From positions 64,001 through 128,000 of the forward strand of contig CAVPBK010000009.1 of NCBI GenBank assembly GCA_963701855.1: a stretch of 64,000 nucleotides of DNA, given 5' to 3'. The notes below the pieces were generated by a model. The model saw only the letters and a program-made list of their open reading frames with translations, was not told the origin of the DNA and did no database searches. Source of the DNA: Nitrospirota bacterium (GTDB lineage Bacteria > Nitrospirota > Nitrospiria > Nitrospirales > Nitrospiraceae). This document shows, piece after piece, positions 62,924 through 64,000 of this stretch. The position numbers and the translations under genes were made by a program. Numbering within the stretch: position 1 is the stretch's first letter; every line of letters begins with the position of its first letter.

Positions 62924-63403
62924 CTATGCCGAAATCGCCTCAGCAAGCGGAAGGATCTGGCTGCCTTCAGCTTGTCTTGGAGCAGTAAACACCGGATAAC
63001 GAGTGGGATAGTCCTCGGAAAGCACGAGTTGCTTGCAGCGTCTCGTGCGAGAGTTCATGAGGAGAGGGCCCCGAAGATTGGCGGTCATGGCAGCCGGATC
63101 ATCCGATGGAATGGTGAGGATGACCGCGAAGCTCAGTTCGTCAGTCTCATTCCCCTCCACCTCTAAGCGCGCCTCCGGCGAAATCGTGACTCGATAGAGT
63201 GGGTTGAACAACACGGGATCGATAACCACAAACGCAAGCGACGCCTCTTCCGCACAATGCAACCATTTAAATGGAGCTTCGGTGTCATGATCGAGCATCA
63301 CATAGCGGGTCCATTCTGGGAACCCGAGCACCCCTGACGGGAAGGTCAGCAACGCCTCAGCAGGAACATTCATGACACCAAAGCGAGTTGACGCGACATT
63401 CAT
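62924..63403 (-). CDS. fliW: Flagellar assembly factor FliW
   Basis: FPSGVLGF, PFKWL, TANLRGPL; adjacent to csrA. Confidence 0.92.
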   Translation of the reverse strand: MNVASTRFGVMNVPAEALLTFPSGVLGFPEWTRYVMLDHDTEAPFKWLHCAEEASLAFVVIDPVLFNPLYRVTISPEARLEVEGNETDELSFAVILTIPSDDPAAMTANLRGPLLMNSRTRRCKQLVLSEDYPTRYPVFTAPRQAEGSQILPLAEAISA

Positions 63404-63421
63404 AACGACAGCTCCTTTTAT

Positions 63422-63658
63422 TCAAGCCGGTTTCGTTCGTATCAATCGTTGAAAGACGTTGAGCGGGACGACTGGCGAGCGTGCTGCAAGCTGGTTTTCA
63501 TCTTGAATCCTGACGCAGACCTCATCACGGTGCACTTCAATCGTTCGTGGCGCTTCGATGCCCAAGCGAACTTGTCCATTCTTAATCCCCAGCACCACGA
63601 TCCGAATGTCCGGACCAATGGCCACACCTTCACCGCGTCTTCGTGTCAGGACCAGCAT
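63422..63658 (-). CDS. csrA: Carbon storage regulator CsrA
   Basis: MLVLTRRRGE...VRLGIEAP..VHRDEV. Confidence 0.95.
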   Translation of the reverse strand: MLVLTRRRGEGVAIGPDIRIVVLGIKNGQVRLGIEAPRTIEVHRDEVCVRIQDENQLAARSPVVPLNVFQRLIRTKPA

Positions 63659-63696
63659 CCGTGGAGTTCAATCCTTTCCGAGCTATCCTCTAATTT

Positions 63697-63723
63697 GTAT
63701 CGGCAGTGGCGTTTGAAACTTGA
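63697..63723 (-). promoter_or_regulatory. Putative sigma28 promoter of csrA-fliW
   Basis: TCAAG-N14-GCCGATAC. Confidence 0.7.
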
Positions 63724-63732
63724 GAACCGTTA

Positions 63733-64000
63733 TTAGGCGGGGGGCAGAAACTTCAGGAGCGACGAATCAAACAATCGTGTGAACGTTTGGCTGGTCGCCT
63801 GGTACGCGGTTTGCTGCAGCTGAAGTTCGGTCAGCGTCGTTGCGAGGTCGGTGTCCGTTTGATCTGAAAGTAGTTTCTGGACGGCCTCGGAGACAGACTG
63901 TGAGGTCACTTGCGCCGCGTCCAAACGATTGGCGATGGCTCCGATCTGCCCTTGCGCTAAACCGATCTGCGTCGTCGCTTGATCGAGAGCTCCGATCCCC
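63733..64000 (-). CDS. flgL: Hook-associated protein FlgL, C-terminal part (runs off the window)
   Basis: GAIANRL...DTDLATTLTELQLQQTAYQA...SLLKFL; upstream of csrA-fliW. Confidence 0.85.
   Translation of the reverse strand, partial: GIGALDQATTQIGLAQGQIGAIANRLDAAQVTSQSVSEAVQKLLSDQTDTDLATTLTELQLQQTAYQATSQTFTRLFDSSLLKFLPPA

Overview
Bacterial chromosomal window with moderately high GC. Gene content and repeat style suggest Nitrospira/Nitrospirota, which is an inference. (1) 1-8.9 kb: a two-partner-secretion (TPS) locus with the 3' end of a filamentous-haemagglutinin-like TpsA, a lipoprotein haem peroxidase with plant alpha-dioxygenase motifs, an orphan copy of the TpsA C-terminus, a ShlB/FhaC TpsB, a TPR-CHAT (caspase-like) protein and a DUF928 protein. 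The first ~5.7 kb carry several single-base insertions that look like read errors. (2) 9.3-17 kb: a REC-PAS protein, periplasmic binding protein, sensor kinase and sigma54 activator. (3) 17-37.5 kb, minus strand: a partner-switching module, a chemotaxis cluster (cheY-cheA-cheW-MCP-cheR-cheD-cheB), motAB, cheY-cheZ, PilZ and GGDEF genes. (4) 37.6-55.7 kb: fliS-fliD-flaG-fliC and a flagellin-linked glycosylation island. (5) 56-64 kb: YcgR-like brake, two HD-GYP genes (one with 3x150-bp repeats), a hybrid kinase, fliW-csrA and the end of flgL. Non-coding structure includes six sigma28-like promoters, two sigma54-like promoters, CsrA sites, and many palindromic short-period (6-9 nt) repeat elements in intergenic spaces and some protein linkers. 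No rRNA, tRNA, CRISPR array or intact transposase was seen. All calls come from motif reading by eye, without database searches.
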